Notes under the pieces: model-generated
Told to the model about the DNA's origin: nothing
What the model saw: the letters and a program-made list of their open reading frames with translations, nothing else
Databases searched by the model: none
Assembly: GCA_024137785.1 (NCBI GenBank)
Contig: JAHRHZ010000034.1
Coordinates: 26,796,920-26,860,919, forward strand
Direction: 5' to 3'
From: Ginglymostoma cirratum
Lineage: Eukaryota
DNA: 64,000 nt
Program-made: the position numbers and the translations under genes
Shown here: positions 36,660 to 48,149 of the stretch, piece after piece
How the letters are laid out: every line of letters starts with the position of its first letter
Position numbering within the stretch: position 1 is the stretch's first letter

Positions 36660-37240
36660 GAGGTGATGGCACTGAAGTGGTAAAGTCACTGAAGTAGTAA
36701 CCTAGAGACCCAGGCCAGTGTTGTGAGCAACAAAAACAAAGTTGCTGGAAAAGCTCAACAGGTCTGGCAGCATCTGTGAAGGGAAAAACAGAGCTAACGT
36801 TTCGGGTCCGGTTATCCTTCCCCAGAACGGGTCTGAAGAAGGGTCACTGGACCCGAAACGTTAGCTCTGTTTTTTCCTTCACAGATGCTGCCAGACCTGC
36901 TGAGCTTTTCCAGCAACTTTGTTTTTGTTCCTGATTTACAACATCCGCAGTTCATTCAGTTTTTATTCAATATTGTGAGGACATGGCTTCGGAATCCAAT
37001 CATGATAGATGTGAAATTTCAAATAATAAAACAAAAGTCTGGACTTGGTGACCATGTAAGCACTGTCAATTTTTGTAGCAACCCATCTGGTTCCTGAATG
37101 CCTTTTAGCAAAGGAAATCCACAATCCTTACTTGGCCTGATAAACATGACTCAGTTGTCCACTGAAATGGCTTGAACAGCCAGCGAGATCAAGGGCTGGA
37201 CTTGTCAGCTTTGCCCACATCCCATACAAGAATATAAAAA
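36660..37240 (+). mobile_element. tRNA-derived SINE interrupted by a family B palindrome
   Basis: Head gtggtaaagtcactgaagtagtaacctagagacccagg; after the insert, acccatctggttcctgaatgcc and tail tgcccacatcccatacaagaatataaaaa. Confidence 0.65.
36728..36967. mobile_element. Palindromic PLE-terminus hammerhead element (family B)
   Basis: ~100-bp near-perfect inverted arms; intact + strand core CTGAAGAAGGGTCACTGGACCCGAAACGTT (36833-36862); imperfect TSD CAGTGTTGTGAG/CAATATTGTGAG. Confidence 0.9.
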
Positions 37241-37990
37241 GAAAGGTATACCTACAGAACTACTTAGGAAGGAAGTTCCAGCATTTTGACCCAGCAACAG
37301 TGAAGAAACAGCGATATAGTTCGAAGTCAGTTTGGTGGGACTTTGGAAGGCATGCAGATGGTAGTGTTCCCTTGCATCTGCTCATCCTTCTATATGGGGA
37401 AGGTCACCAGCTTGGAAGTTTCCTTGGTGAATTGCTGCAAAGCATCTTGCAGGTAATGCACACAGGAAGATACGTCTGGAATAGTTTCCTGGACCAATAT
37501 GTTGTGGAACCACCTAGGTGTAAAGTTATTTGAGATCTAATATTGTGAATTGTGGCAGGATTAATGAGTAGCTTCAAGTAAAACAATCCACTGGGAAATA
37601 TGATCACTATGCCATTGGATCCTACATTAAGTATGAAAATAATATACTCTAATCATAACCATTATATTAAACATAGCAAGTTAGTTAGGTATGAGGGGAG
37701 AGCTGACTAAGATTAATTGGTTGAATAGAATAAAAAGTATGGCATAATATTTATAGGAACAATTCGAAATTATCAAAAAATTGACTTCATCTGATAAATA
37801 AAAGCTCAATAAGAAATATCCATCTGTGACATGCTAAAAAGTTCAGGGTAGTTTTAGTCAAAAAGAAGAGGCTGATATTGTTGTGAGGAATACAATTAAA
37901 TCACAGTGAGCCAAAATTTGATGACCTAAAACTTGGGTTGTGCCAAATTTGACAGTCATTCCCACATGCAGGATAGCAAACGCAATAAAA

Positions 37991-38083
37991 CTGAAGAAGG
38001 GTCTCGGCCCGAAACGTCAGCCTTCCTGCTCCTCTGATGCTGCTTGGCCTACTCTGTTCATCCAGCTCTACATCTTGTTATCC
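37991..38083 (+). mobile_element. Solo ~92-bp hammerhead element (family A)
   Basis: Starts at the core CTGAAGAAGGGTCTCGGCCCGAAACGTC; 9-bp TSD CAATAAAAC (37983-37991 / 38084-38092). Confidence 0.8.
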
Positions 38084-39397
38084 CAATAAAACAATACCTT
38101 GGATTAGACTAACTTCCACACTGATAATTCTAGGTGAGATGAATCTGTGCAGGCTTGTCTTTTGCCAATGGAAGCAGTTGGAGCAGAGTTAGGCCATACT
38201 ACAGTGTGAAATGTTGGGCTAGTCATTATTCATTATGGAGATCTGTCTGCAAAATCATGACAGTATGGCTATACCAGTGAAAAAAGTACAAGTGCTGTCG
38301 CCTGGAGATGAAGTGAAGTTGACATAGCAAGTGCAAAGCAAAGTGGATTTTGATAAGAAGATTCCACCATTGTTCTACCACTTTGTAACTTAAATCTGTG
38401 TGTGAAAGCCCTTGAATGAATTTGAGACAGTTGGAACACATTATTTTCACTGAAATCATTGTTAAGCGGAATAAATGCAATTCTGTTTACTTTTTAACAC
38501 TTTAAGAAAATGTTATAAGTCACAACACTTAAACATTCACAAATGTATGCTTTAAAAAAGATATTTGTTACTGTAAAACTCTTCCCTGGTTCTAATATAG
38601 ATTTTTCCTCCCAATCTTTGGTTCAATTTTACTGTGGCTAGATTCCTTTTTATCTCTTTGAACTTATTCCTCTTGTAATTTAAAGGTTGTACTTGAGCTT
38701 TTTTCCTTGCTATTCTCTATTACTAATACAAAATTTACGATTTGATGAACATTCTTAGTTAAATGTTCTCTACAAACACTTGGCTCGAGTTGTTTGTCAA
38801 CACTAGAAGCGGCAAATTCCTCCTTCTGAGTTGGATTGACAGCATACCAAATATGATAACATAAGAAATAGGAGCAAGAGTAGGCCGTTCTGCACCTCAA
38901 GCCTTTACTGTCAGTCTGACTGATCTGCTCCAGGCCTCGACTATCCTTTCATGACAGCTCAGCATAGTATTAACCCCCTGATAGATTTTTGAATATCTGC
39001 TCCTTAAATACTTTGTGATATAGCCTCCATAACTCACTGGGGTAAAGAATGCTGGTCAAGGAAGTTCTCCCGAACACGTGTAAGAAATTATTCCATCCTT
39101 TTTCTCAATTAGATTAGTCTCATCAGAGTGGATTGCATACAGGAACATGAAGTAGAGAGTGTGATGATTGATGAACTGTCCAGTGTTCTTTCTACTTACA
39201 TGCTATCAAGCATTGGTGTGTACTTACACAATAGTGTTCCTTCCTTTATCCTATGTTTTATAATAGGAAACCCATAATTCAACCTGCAGCAACACAAATG
39301 GTCTGTAAACATTCATAATAAAAAGCTGCATGGAAACATTTAACTGTTGATGAACAAATTGACTTCATGAAAAAGCATTTTGTATAATAGTTTGGGG

Positions 39398-40842
39398 GTA
39401 GCAAGAACTGCAGATGCTGGAGTCAGAGACAACACAATATGGAGCTGGAGGAACACAGCAGGCCGAGCAGGAAAGTTGACGTTTTGGGTAAGGACCCTTC
39501 TTCAGAAATGAGGAGGGGAAGTGAGCTGGGAAATAAATAGAGCGGAGGGTGGGGTTATGGAAGGTAGGTGGGATGATGATTGGTGAGTGCAAGTAGGGAG
39601 CGGTGGAGATTGGTCAGTGGGATGGGAGGGGTGGATAGGTTGAAGAGAAGATGGACAGGTTGTGTCAGGCTAAGGAGGCTGGCTTGAGAGGGAGGGTTGG
39701 GCATGGCATGAGGCTGGGGGTGGGGTGATTTTAAAACTTGTGAATTCCATGTTTAGGCCATTGGGCTATAGGCTCCTAAGTCACAATATGAGGTGTTGCT
39801 CCTCCGGTTTGCAGGTGGTGACACTGAAGGAGGCCCAGGATGGACATGTCACCTAGGGAGTGGGAGTGGGAGGGGGAGGGGGAGTTAAAGTGTTGGTGAC
39901 TGGAGGGAGGAGTCGTTTGTCACGAACAGAGCGCAGATACCGTATGAAACGGTCTCTGAGTCTACTCTTGGTCTCACCGCTGTAGAGGAGGCCAAATCAG
40001 GACCAGCGGATATATAGACCAAGTTGATGGAAGTGCAGGTGAACCCCTGTCTGATGTGGAAGGTTTGTTTTGTGCCTTGAATGGAGGTGACGGGGGGAGG
40101 TGTAGGGGCAGGTGTAGCACTTCCTGTGGTTGCAGGGAAAGGTGCCGGGTGTGGTGGGGTTAGTGGGGAGTGTGGAGCGGACGAGGGAGTCGCGGTGTGA
40201 GCAGTCCCCACGAAAGGCAGACGGGTGGGGAGGGACATATGTCTTTGGTTGTGGGGTTGGATTGTAGGTGGCAGAAGTGGCAGACAATGATACATTGATG
40301 CAGAGGTTGGTGGGGTGATATGTGAGGACAAGGGGGATTCTGTTTTTATTTTTGTTGTGGGGGAGGGGATGTGAGGGTAGAAGTGCGGGAAATGTGAGGG
40401 ATGTGGTTGAGGGCATTTTCGATCACCAGAGGGGGAAAGTTACGGTCCATGAAATAAGAGGACATCTGGGATGTGCGGGAGTGGAACGCCCCATCTTAGG
40501 ACCAGATGCAGCAGACGCGAAGGAATTGGGAGTAGGGGATTGCATTCTTGCAAGAGGGTGGGTGAGGGGAGACGTAGTCTAGGTAGTTGTGGGAGTCAGT
40601 GGGCTTGAAATAGATGTCAGTTTCGAGGGGGTTACCAGAGATGGAGACAGAGAGGCCCAGGAAGGAGAGGGAGGTACCATGAATGGTTGAGGTGAATTTG
40701 GGATTGGGGTGAAAGGTGTTAGTAAAGTTGATGAAGTGTTCAAGCTCCTTGTGGGAGCATGAGGCAGCACTGATACAGTCATCAATGTAACGGAGGAAGA
40801 GGTGGGGGATAGTGCCAGTGTAACAGCAGAAAAGGGACTACA
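39398..40842 (-). mobile_element. 5'-truncated Penelope-like element (RT C-terminus + GIY-YIG endonuclease + hammerhead terminus)
   Basis: RT motif LRYIDD (40778-40795), FINFTNTFHPN; IPLVLTYHP; PGTFPCNHRKCYTCPY; FHIRQGFTCTSINLVY and LYSGETK GIY-YIG motifs. The 3' end (~39400-39510) is a family A repeat with CTGAAGAAGGGTCC. Confidence 0.92.
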
Positions 40843-42599
40843 AAGAGAAATATTTTTCCTTTTTTGTTTCAACTGATGTTTCTAATGTCCAAAGGTTTTA
40901 AAAACCTTTTGTAATCAAATATTTACATAATGTGATTAAATTTACTTATTGAATTGTTCTTTTATAAAAAAATTGATCTACAGGCCTTTAAAAACTGACT
41001 TTTAAATGAATATTTCTGTCATCACAGTTAAATAACATTTCTATCCAAAACTGAATTCTGAGCATGTGGCAGCTACAGAATTTCCCAGCAGCCTGATGGA
41101 TGTGTCCCCTCATTCTGTGATGGGTTGTGTCTTTGACTTTTAGAAGTGATTTCAAGTTACTTTTAAAGCTACAAAAGGGGCTGCAATAAGTTCAAAGAAG
41201 TGAACTGAAGAGATAAATAGTTGAGAGATTGCATTTGATTGGATAGATGAAGAGCAATTTAGATTACATTCTCTTTTCTTCCCCACAAGACTGCTTCCCG
41301 CTGTCTTCCTGATGCTCTGAAATCTTGCAGTCCTGCTCAATCCCACACTGACACTGTCTCTACTTTGTCTCGTTGCCAGTTGTAACTGTTGGTGCTCACA
41401 AAGCAAACATGATTAACATCAGTGCTTCACCCCAGACGAATGAACCACTTCTCCCTCCCCCCCCACCTCTCTTTCATGCTCTTGCTCCGTCTCTCCTCCT
41501 CTCCATCACTTGCCCCATGTCTCTTCCACCACCCCCCCGCCCCCGCCGTGTATCCCCCGCCACCCCAGCCCTTGTTTCTCAATGAGTCAGGATTGCAGCA
41601 CTGCTGTGTCTAATGTCAGTTTCCCAAAGAGTCTGACTTGGCACAACACACCTGTAATCAGAAGTGTACAACCCACAAAGCCACCATAGTTCTGCTCACT
41701 AATTGGAAAAAAATCAGGCATGTTTCAAAGCATGCATCAGTGAATTACCCTATAGGTGTTCCTGTCTGATTATTTTTGCTTTGGACTTGAGGGGAAAAAG
41801 ATATTCTATACTCATTTATGTGAATGAATTCACGGATTTGAATTATTTGCAGTCTGGCTCTCTGCCATTAGAATGTAGGCGTAGGGCAAAAGTGTGTGAT
41901 CATTTTTGAAACGCAAATGTTAGTAACTGACAGGTTAAAATTCATGTCTCATAAAAATACAAAGATGGGTACTTTCCCAAAATCAAGATTTGGTCTTGCA
42001 ATGAGGTAAAGATTGAAACTGTTGTATTCTTCTTGGCCTCACAGCTTTCTGACTGTCTGTATCAAGTGCTAGATGGAAATTTGTGACTATAATTTGGCAA
42101 GCAAAAATGTATTTTAGAATCAGCTAAGCAAACATTTAGTCTGGCCTTGGAAATGAACTCTGAAGGCAGGTTTTCTTAACGGTATTCCAGACTTTGTGTC
42201 TGGAAATCTGTCTCATTGGTTCATCTGTACCTGAAGGACAACTAAGTTCACACTGGAACTGGGGACCTTGATGAAATTTTTTTGTTTTTTTTCTCTCTAA
42301 TTATTCATGATGTGTGAGCAAGGTAAAGTGGCATGTATAGTTGGTATCTAGTTACTAATCCAGGCAGATATTGTTTTCATATCGAGGCAAAATATTGTGG
42401 ATGGTGGAAATATGAAACAAGCACAGAGAATGCTGGAGAAACTCAGCAGGTCTATCAGCATACATGCAGAGAGAAACAGAATTAACATTTTGAGTTCACT
42501 GTTGCTGTTCTTCAGAATGGTTTTCATATTTCTGGATCCCCATCTAATCTGCACTGCTGAAGTGACACTGAAATGATGTGATTTGACAGGTATCGTATG

Positions 42600-43330
42600 T
42601 CTGAAACAAAATGCTGGAGAAACTTGGGTAGCATCTGTGGGGAAGGGAAAAAGAGCCATTGTTTGGAGTCCAGTGACCCTTGTCAAATCAGTGTCTGATT
42701 TGGTGCAACATGAATTGGCCAAATAGTAGATGAACTGTTACAACCAATTGTGAGTAAATTTTCAACCTGCATGGTAAAGGATTCCTTCATATTTGCAAAG
42801 ACCATGCAGGACTTGGGTATTGCTATCAATATCCATGTCCATGTGCTCATAGGAAGCCATATACATTTGCACTGCAGATTACATAATAGGTATCAAAAGC
42901 TGCCACTGTTGGATGAATTAGTATTTATTAAACAAATGAATTAGCAATTGGTGCACTGAGTTTAGTTAATTACACCATGTATCCCCAAATAGGTGGTGAT
43001 GCCATGGGATCCCAACTAGGCCCAGCGCTCAATCATTTTTTTGGGTTTCATGAGTAACATGTGATAGAACACTCCTAACCACATACCCCTGGCATATTTC
43101 TCATAGATGGATAATATGTTTGCTATATTTGAATCCACAGCTGCATGTAAGAGTATCCTTACATGTCTTAATGGTTTCCATCCTGTACTCAAATTTATCT
43201 TCGAAATGGAACAGTCAAGTGAGCTCACTTTCCTTGATATCCTAGTTAAGAAATCAGTCAGCGGATTTCCTCCTACTGTCTACTGCAAGCCTGCCTATGT
43301 AGGTCTGTATATGTACTGGGATTGCAAGGT
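42600..43330 (+). mobile_element. Decayed second Penelope-like RT fragment preceded by an inverted PLE terminus
   Basis: VKDSFIF, YPQIGGDAMGSQLGPAL, MDNMFAIF, LNGFHPVLKFIFEMEQSSELTFLDILVKK, TVYCKP..GLYMYWD: typical PLE RT motifs. Confidence 0.8.
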
Positions 43331-45299
43331 TGGGATGTTTTGGGATGGTAGATGGCTCAGTCAGCACTGTAATAGTCAAGGCTGGAAATGATTGAACATT
43401 GGCTGGGGATTCATTACAATATGATTTGATGTCAGGGAGGTGATGGACAACGTTAGAAGTAGATTTGTTAAGTCTTTGTGATGGAGAAAATGTGAAATTC
43501 AAAGCTGAGCTTAGGGTCAAGTAAGTTGCAAGGTTTCTAACAGACTGGTTCAGCCTGAGACAGCTTTCAGGGAGAAAGGTGGAATTGCTATCAAGGGAGG
43601 GAAGTTTATGGCAGTGAAAGAAGCCAATGTTTTTTCTTTTCCCACTGTTTTACTGGAGAATATGAAATGGTTCTCATCCAAGACTGGCTATCAGGCAAGT
43701 AGTCTGACATTATGGAGACAGTGAAAGGGCTGAGGGAGAAGCTGGTGAGATTAAGTTGCACACATCAAAGTTACCACAGTGCTTGAAGGTGATGTAACTT
43801 TCATTGAGGTAGCTTTCGTACTGTGACAGCGACAGAATCATAATTGGAATGACTTAAACATGGTGTTGGTCGAAAGACAGATACTATTTCTCCAGCAACC
43901 ACCAGTCATGTAATCCATCTAACATGGAAATTGAGCTTAATATTATCCAAGTTCATGTTATGTATGACATTGGTTCTGTCACAAAAAAAGGTTGTTTCTA
44001 TCCATCATAGGGGCTCAATGCATTAATGTGCTTCAGGCTGCAATTGTTCATTTTCCGTTCAAGCAGGTTTATTGTGCTTTGCCCAATTCAACTTGTGACA
44101 TTAAAGCTACCATAATATGTAATTTTGAACCGTTCCTATTCGATTTTCTTGATGCAGTGTTTAGCATTTGTTGGATTTCTTTATTTGAAGTGTAATTTCC
44201 TCTTAGACCAAAGTGACATGACCTTATAGTGTCGTGGTCTGTTATCAGGCGAAGTGCAGAAGACTGGTGTCACAAAATAGATTGTTAAAACTGTTTCCTC
44301 TGTTGGTAAATCTTTCGCACCAGAAACTGGGGCTGTGTTACTTAGTTCCTTTGTGCAGTGGGAGCTGAATTTGTAGCTCAGTTAAATGTAGGTGTGGTCT
44401 ACCTTGTATACATTTCCCCTGTTGCTCATTTCCTACGTGGTGGAAGTTCCAGAGAGATTTACAGCTGCCTACAAGAAGTTATTACTGGCATAAGCATGTG
44501 TTGTACGTTCCTGGGCCTCTGTATCATCCTTTAGGTGGGAGGGGTGAGTGGAGAAGAGGGGGAGGAAGAAAGGAATTAAGTGTGATTTTTCTGACACTGT
44601 CCTGTTTTTAAGTGATACTGCATTTAGAGTCTGCCCTAATTTTGGGAGAGGAAGATACAGCCTTGAAAGTAATTGTCTATTGCTTTAGAAACTTCATGAA
44701 AGTGAATAATTTTCCATGCCATTTTACTAGCCCACCTCTTCTTTTTTTTGGTTCCTCCTCACTAAATTTACTTTTTCCTTCAACTCAGCTGCCTCTAAGT
44801 TGCTGGCTGTGCTTTATATAGGCAGAACAACCATGCATGTCAGATTTAAATTCTTTTAGTCAGCTGTGCAGACACAGATTTACTTCATATGTGTCTGTGG
44901 AAGAAAATGGAATTATTACACTGCTTCTAATTCCCAAATGGAGTTTGCAGGTGGTGGGACATTAATTTTAACTTCAACATTGGGAAAGTCCTGACTCAAA
45001 GCTGGCCAGATCACTGTTTTGTACAAAAAAATGACATTTCTGGTATTAAACTTGACTTGGGACAGGAGAGCCTCTCCGAAAGTAAAGTCTAAGCATAAAA
45101 TGTATATGACAGTAAATTGTATTCTTTTATGATTACTGCCTGTTTAGTCTTTAAGCTCAAACGACTGCTGTCAAATTAGTAACCTTGAGTGGTTGCATCT
45201 TCCCATCTCCTTGCTCTCATTCCCCCCTAATCCCTCCCTCTCAAACCATTCCCCTCTCATCTCCTCCTTTGTCCCTCCCACAGATGTGAGTTCCTCTCC

Positions 45300-45645
45300 A
45301 ACTGATCCTGAGGGATCTTGACAGGGTAGATGCAGGGAGAGTCTGGAACTAGGGGTCACTGATTAAAAATTCCATTTATACAGACACAAAGCAATTTTTT
45401 TCATTCAAGAGGATTGAGAGCCTTTTGTAACTCTTTTCATGAAAGGGCTGTGGAAGCAGAGCCTTTGAATATCTTTTAAGATAGATGTAGATACAATCTT
45501 GTTAAGCAAAGTTGAAAGGTTATCAGGTTACACGGTGAAGTGGATTAGACATTACAGTCAGATCAGCCATAATCTTATTGAATAAGGGAGCAGGCTAAAG
45601 GAGCTGAATGGCCTACTCCTGCTCCGAGTTTTTATGTTTATATGT
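45300..45645 (+). mobile_element. CR1 LINE 3' fragment
   Basis: gatcctgagggatcttgacagggtagatgcagggag...gatcagccataatcttattgaat...gaatggcctactcctgctcc. Confidence 0.75.
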
Positions 45646-46094
45646 AACCAGGTACTCCTACCTTGTGCTTCAATGCTTATGTTCTCTTGCATAATCTATA
45701 TGTGGATATTGTGGCATTGAAGAATTCAATAAATATTTATTACAACTAACTATGAGTACAAACCTTCCATTTCTCAGGCAATGCTCCCGCTAAGCTGCTT
45801 CAAGGGTCCATGTGTGGCGATCATTATGTTGCCATGATTCAGAACATTGAAATCCAGTTCTGGAAGTCACTGCCGTGCATGGACCTCAGTAATCTGTGCC
45901 AAAGGAAAAAATAGCAGGAAGGATGTTCTTAAGCATGTAGGTATTTGGACTAATACTGAGCTATTAGATTATAACAGTGTATGATGGAGTATGGGATCTT
46001 TGTAGCTTCTGATCACGTGCTAGGGTACAGTGATTGTTTCATGAACATACACTTAAAGGCTCACTGACAGACTGTCTATGAGATCAAACACATC

Positions 46095-46190
46095 TCTTGT
46101 GCCTTCCCCACTATCTGCCTCCTGCACTGTTCCATCCCCATTCCTCCCACACCCTCAGTGTCTCTTTCTCTTTCTCTTTCTCTTTCCCTT

Positions 46191-46230
<40 letters not shown>

Positions 46231-47370
46231 CACAAACCCCCTTCCATGCCTCCTTTCTCTTCTGCCTTCACCTCCCACACATTCCCTTTTTCTACTTATA
46301 TTTCTTTGTCTTTCTTTTCTCGCTTTCTTTCGCCTCCCTCTTACTCCCCCCCCCGAACTCCCTTGAACACCCACTCGCCCTCGCAACCCCCTCACCCCAC
46401 CTCGTTCTTGCTCCTACCCCTCTGTCTGTTCCCCTATCACCCCCAATCCCCTCTCAGCACACTCTTTCTTGTCCCTCCGCCCTTCCCTTCACCCCGGTTT
46501 CTCTCCCCTTCCCCTCTTGCCCCATTCCTCTCGCTCCCCTCTCTCGTACTCCCCTTGGCCCTGTACCACCCCCCCCAACTCGTCCGTTCCTTCTCTCACC
46601 TCCCCATCTCTTGCCCAACCCTTGACCCCCCAATTCACCTCACCTACCCCTCTTTTGCCCCTCCTTGTACCCCCTCGCCCCTCTTTGCACACTCCCTCTC
46701 CTGCCCCCACACCCTCCCCCCTCAGAACCCCCCTTTGTCTCCCCACCCTCGCTCTCCCGTCTGCCTCTTACCCACTCGCCCCCAGCCCCCAATTCACTCC
46801 CTGCTGTTTGCCTCCCCCACTCTTGCGCTCTCCCCCTCACCCCTCCCCATCTCTCGCCTCTTGCCCTTTGCCTGACTCTCGCTCCCCCCACCACCACCCC
46901 TCTCCTCGGGCACCCCCCTAGCCTCCACTCTCTCACCCTTGCCCCCCCCGCCCCCATNNNNNNNNNNNNNNNNNNNNNNNNNNNNNNNNNNNNNNNNNNN
47001 NNNNNNNNNNNNNNNNNNNNNNNNNNNNNNNNNNNNNNNNNNNNNNNNNNNNNNNNNCCCCCCCCCCCCCCCCCCGATGCCCCCTCTCTCTGTTTCTTGA
47101 CACCTCCCAATCTTGTCCTGTTTTTGTCTTTCTGGACCCCCTCTCTTGCGTTCCCTTTCTTACCCCCTTTCTCACTCCTTCTGTGTCCCACTCTGCTTTT
47201 TTCCCCACCTGACTTTTTCCCTCCCATGCCATCCTCTCTTCCTCGCTGTCTCTTTCCCCCTCCTTTTCTGTTGCTCCCTCTCTCCCACGCTTTCCCTTTC
47301 TATCCATCCTCTCTCTGTCATGAATCCTTCCCATGTCTTCCTTGCTTCATTCCTTTCCATGTCATTCACC
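46095..47370. repeat. ~1.2-kb C/T-rich low-complexity tract with a (CT)n microsatellite and a 100-N gap
   Basis: Almost purine-free + strand; (CTCTTT)n/(CT)n at ~46161-46230; N run at 46958-47057. Confidence 0.9.
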
Positions 47371-47753
47371 TCTCTGCTTTGCATTCAATACCACAGAGAG
47401 CTACACATGAACATAAAGTAAATCCTATGCATCACTGAAACAGATTTACAGAGTAAAAGTTGGGAATTGCCCACTAACAAGGTGACTACTGTCAGGTTTT
47501 ATGAGCCTTGCTTTGTGTTTTGTTGGCTGATTCAGCAAGATCTGTGGTCTGCATCTCTATTTGATGGAGGAAATATTTTAAAACTTTCTTGTAACATTTG
47601 GTACTGAGTGCACTGGGTTGAATAATTTGTTGATCTACCTGGTATCAAGTCTTTTCCTTCAGTTGGCCCCTGTACGCTCTAGGCTCCATCTCCCAAATTA
47701 ACGCACCTAACCATCAGAAAGGAAAGGGCAGACAAAAACGATCTTATGCTTAT

Positions 47754-47893
47754 AAAAACCAAAAGAAGTGCGTATGGTGTAAATCAGGAGCAAAAACAAA
47801 GTTGCTGGAAAAGCTCAGCAGGTTTGGCAGCATCTGGGAAGGAGAAAACAGAGTTAACGTTTCTGGTCTGGTGACCCTTCCCCAGAACCCTCA
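47754..47893 (-). mobile_element. Solo PLE-terminus element (family B)
   Basis: 14-bp TSD GATCTTATGCTTAT (47740-47753 / 47894-47907); degenerate core CTGGGGAAGGGTCACCAGACCAGAAACGTTAAC on the minus strand. Confidence 0.85.
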
Positions 47894-48149
47894 GATCTTA
47901 TGCTTATTGGTAGTTTGTGTTTCAAAATAAATATCCTTGAATTTATTTCCCTCCTGCTAATTTTGTCATCTGTTACTTTAATGTGAAGGTAAAGGTCTTT
48001 TTTAGCTGTGTCATTAGATGCAATTGGCTGTTGTGAATATAACTGTCCACATTCAAGATTTTTGGCGGTAATAAAGTGCTTTGCTTGTGTGAGTGTTCTA
48101 TAGCTATCCACATACTGACCTCTGATTGTATGGTTCTTTTCCCTCCTAA

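Noticed and set aside
16876-36967. Interpreting the palindromes as MITEs, CRISPR-like arrays or terminators
   Set aside because: The context is eukaryotic, TSDs are variable (9-15 bp), arms are asymmetric, and they are homologous to the terminus of the Penelope element at 39.4 kb.
46078-47438. Long Pro/Ser/Leu-rich and Gly/Arg/Glu-rich ORFs (up to 265 aa)
   Set aside because: They are by-products of stop-poor C/T low-complexity sequence and an N gap; no domain signal.
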